Positions 61,555 to 64,000 of a stretch of 64,000 nucleotides of DNA are shown piece after piece. Each line of letters starts with the position of its first letter. Positions within the stretch are counted from its first letter, which is position 1. Under the pieces are notes generated by a model. That model saw only the letters and a program-made list of their open reading frames with translations, made no database searches and was not told where the DNA came from. The stretch covers positions 12,772,001 to 12,836,000 of the forward strand of contig CM120649.1 of assembly GCA_051362555.1 (NCBI GenBank), given 5' to 3'. Made by a program: the position numbers and the translations under genes. Source of the DNA: Lingula anatina (Eukaryota > Animalia > Brachiopoda).

Positions 61555-63402
61555 TTAATGTACATAGCGAAATGTTTTCACCTTGCCTCCAATATCCCCC
61601 ACTACAAGCTGTCCTTTGGTATCAATGGTCATACACAGTGGTATAGAAACCTGTTGTCGATCCACCACGTATCTCAAAAGTTGACCATCTGAGGTCAGGA
61701 CAACCACCCTGTTATTGCATTGGTCAGCAATGAAAATGTGCCCCGCGCTGTCTGTACACACTCCCCAGGGGTTCTTCAGGTATCCATCACCTGAACCTTT
61801 CTCACCTGGTGTACCATACTGGAACACTACATCACCCCGGGGGGTCACTCCATAAAGCCATTGTCCATCATAGTTACTCACCACAATAATGTCACGGCAT
61901 GGGAGCACTGCAATGTATCGTGGATCTTTACAAATAGGAACACTGATCTTATTGATAAAACTGTACTGCACAGCGTCATACACACAGATACATTTATTGG
62001 TCCTATCACAGACAAATATGCGCCCATTGTTGTCCGCTGTAACACCCCAGGGTGTAGACATGTCACCCTGACCAAATGTTTGGACATGTTTCCAAGAGGA
62101 GGAATACACTTGGCATCCATCCTTACATGTAACCACCAGTCTGTCATCCTGGAGCACGGTGACACCCCTGGGGTCTGGTACATCAACCTGAAATATCACC
62201 TTATGAGATGGTGATATTGCCTGAAGTTTTTTCGATTTGTAAGAAACTAAACATATCGTCCCACTATGACTGCATGATATGTTCCATAAATATCCGATGC
62301 TGCTATCAAACTTATCCACTAAGGATGCAGCATCTAGCCATTCTAACTCCTTCACGCAACCAAAGAAGTCCGCAGGAAGTTTTTCTTTCCTAAAAGTGAT
62401 CGCGGTTGTTCTTTCCGGTACAGAAGGTTTAACACTGTTCAGTTCTTTCATCCTAGCTTGGATGTTTTTAGCGTGTGTCATAACCTCCGTGTGGGAGCCA
62501 TGTTTGACAAGGTGTTTGGCGAACTCGCAAGTACTTTGAATGGATACCCTCTGTAGTTGAATGCGGTCTTTCTCAGCCTCGAGGAATTTTAAACGAGCTT
62601 CAGTGAGGGCTTCTGCTTTTGCGGTCAACTGATCAGAAATTTGCTGAACTTCTTTTTTAATATACGCTCCTTGTTGTTGTATGTCGGCCACAGTCTTGTT
62701 TCTGTCGTAAGTCGCATCTTCCTGTTGTTTGGATATTTCCGACTCTGCATTTTCAAATAGTGAAATGTTCTTAGACAGATCATGAAATGCACTTTGTATT
62801 TTCTCTTTTTGCGTTTCTGCTATATCTGCAATGTCTACACAATTGTGTTTGTTGTGTTTGGTGAGAATACAGTCACGACACACAACAACATCGTCATCCG
62901 TGCAATAAAATTTCAACCGTTCTTCTTCATGCTTATCGCAAAATAATGTTACTCCCTTCATTTCCTGGACTTGCTTCCCAAAGTCAGACACTGACATCAT
63001 TGTGTGTCCCTGCAGAAATTTTATGGCGTCATGCTGTTTTTGTCGACAGTTCTCACAGAAAAAATGTTTGCAATCTTGACAGTAAAATTGAGCAACTTGT
63101 GAGTGACAGTTCCCACACAATTTGTCTTTACTTTCTGCTGTCAACATAAAGTCCTTCACCTTGGACAAAAAGAAGTTACGGACAAGATTCTCCAGTCCAC
63201 CTGGTGGAACAGGCGCCTCCTGGCGGCACACTGGGCACGTGATGTTGCGTCCTGTCCCACTCGCTGCCACGTGCTGGGCAAGACAAGCCAAGCAGAAAGT
63301 ATGATAGCATGGGAGGACACGCGGGTCTTTATACTCGTGAAGACAGATGTGACACGTTAGAAAATTGTCACTGAAGCCTTCGTAGAACTTCTTGGATGCC
63401 AT
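61555..63402 (-). CDS. TRIM-NHL E3 ubiquitin ligase copy 6, intact
   Basis: 615-aa uninterrupted ORF, RING-BB1-BB2-CC-NHL. Confidence 0.94.
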   Translation of the reverse strand: MASKKFYEGFSDNFLTCHICLHEYKDPRVLPCYHTFCLACLAQHVAASGTGRNITCPVCRQEAPVPPGGLENLVRNFFLSKVKDFMLTAESKDKLCGNCHSQVAQFYCQDCKHFFCENCRQKQHDAIKFLQGHTMMSVSDFGKQVQEMKGVTLFCDKHEEERLKFYCTDDDVVVCRDCILTKHNKHNCVDIADIAETQKEKIQSAFHDLSKNISLFENAESEISKQQEDATYDRNKTVADIQQQGAYIKKEVQQISDQLTAKAEALTEARLKFLEAEKDRIQLQRVSIQSTCEFAKHLVKHGSHTEVMTHAKNIQARMKELNSVKPSVPERTTAITFRKEKLPADFFGCVKELEWLDAASLVDKFDSSIGYLWNISCSHSGTICLVSYKSKKLQAISPSHKVIFQVDVPDPRGVTVLQDDRLVVTCKDGCQVYSSSWKHVQTFGQGDMSTPWGVTADNNGRIFVCDRTNKCICVYDAVQYSFINKISVPICKDPRYIAVLPCRDIIVVSNYDGQWLYGVTPRGDVVFQYGTPGEKGSGDGYLKNPWGVCTDSAGHIFIADQCNNRVVVLTSDGQLLRYVVDRQQVSIPLCMTIDTKGQLVVGDIGGKVKTFRYVH

Positions 63403-63469
63403 GACTCTTAATAGTTAGTTCAGTTAGGTTTACACACACTCAATGGTTGTACAATAACATGCATTTCTG

Positions 63470-63530
63470 TCTTTGGTTGGACTGGGAAACACTGCGTCTG
63501 GGTTTTATACAAATATAACAAACCACGTCA
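63470..63530 (-). promoter_or_regulatory. Proximal promoter of TRIM copy 6
   Basis: Minus strand: TGACGTGG (63523-63530), TATAAAA (63503-63509), CCAGTC downstream. Confidence 0.6.
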
Positions 63531-64000
63531 TCTTACACGGCGATGAAATCTTGTGCCAGAGACGATGAGGGTTGTGAGGGTAGCTTATTAAATCATCTTT
63601 CAATTAGAGACCATTCCCAGGTCTATCGTACTAACTTTGGATCGATCTATTTCCTAGTTGCCTCAGTTTCCGAACTTACAAGCTCACGGTACCCTTACCG
63701 CCGGTAAGGCCTCATTGCAGTATGTACAAAAACCTTCAGACAGTTCAGTAGCTGGAAATATACCCGACCTGACAATCTCTGTTGGTCCTCCGTTGCACCT
63801 TGTAGCATGTAAATCCAATTAAAAGTGTTTTTGTGTACCTTCAGGTACGAGGTTCATAAAGTTTTGGTCTCTTTATTTCAGCTTCCTACTTCACTGACGC
63901 AACAGCACGCCATATAGTCGAACACTCGCGGAAAGGGCGACCAATTTTTCAAGGTCGACCGGTTGTCTATGTAAACTTTCAGTGACCTTTGACGACAGGT

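Noticed and set aside
27911-63360. Many overlapping + strand and alternate-frame ORFs inside TRIM genes, repeated across copies
   Set aside because: Antisense or shifted-frame shadows of the paralogous CDSs; no domains and inconsistent lengths.
63660-64000. CpG-containing segment with donor-like sites on both strands at the window end
   Set aside because: May be a promoter, first exon or TE end, but it is cut by the window edge and cannot be assigned.

Overview
AT-rich animal genomic DNA; the repeat families and TRIM expansion suggest an invertebrate, possibly a lophotrochozoan or mollusc (inference). Positions 1-26.2 kb hold the last 22 coding exons and a ~3.2 kb 3'UTR of a + strand Dbl-family RhoGEF of MCF2L/DBS type (end of Sec14, spectrin repeats, DH, PH, SH3, C-terminal PDZ-ligand-like DTVV); all intron phases check by hand. 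Positions 27.9-63.4 kb hold a convergent tandem cluster of six TRIM-NHL genes, each with an uninterrupted ORF (RING, B-box1, B-box2, coiled coil, six NHL-type repeats; TRIM56/TRIM32-like, no filamin domain). Four are intact. One lost its RING and keeps an open 532-aa ORF. One lost RING and B-box1 in frame and carries one nonsense codon. The main finding is that paralog differences cluster at the two loop positions per NHL blade that form the ligand-binding face and are shuffled between copies, as expected of a diversified receptor repertoire. The cluster also shows two alternative 5' architectures (TATA+CRE/UPRE, or a distal promoter with spliced leader), ten copies of an exon-like 100-bp core, repeated CTCF-like motifs, and many MITE/Helentron insertions whose empty sites are visible in paralogous copies.
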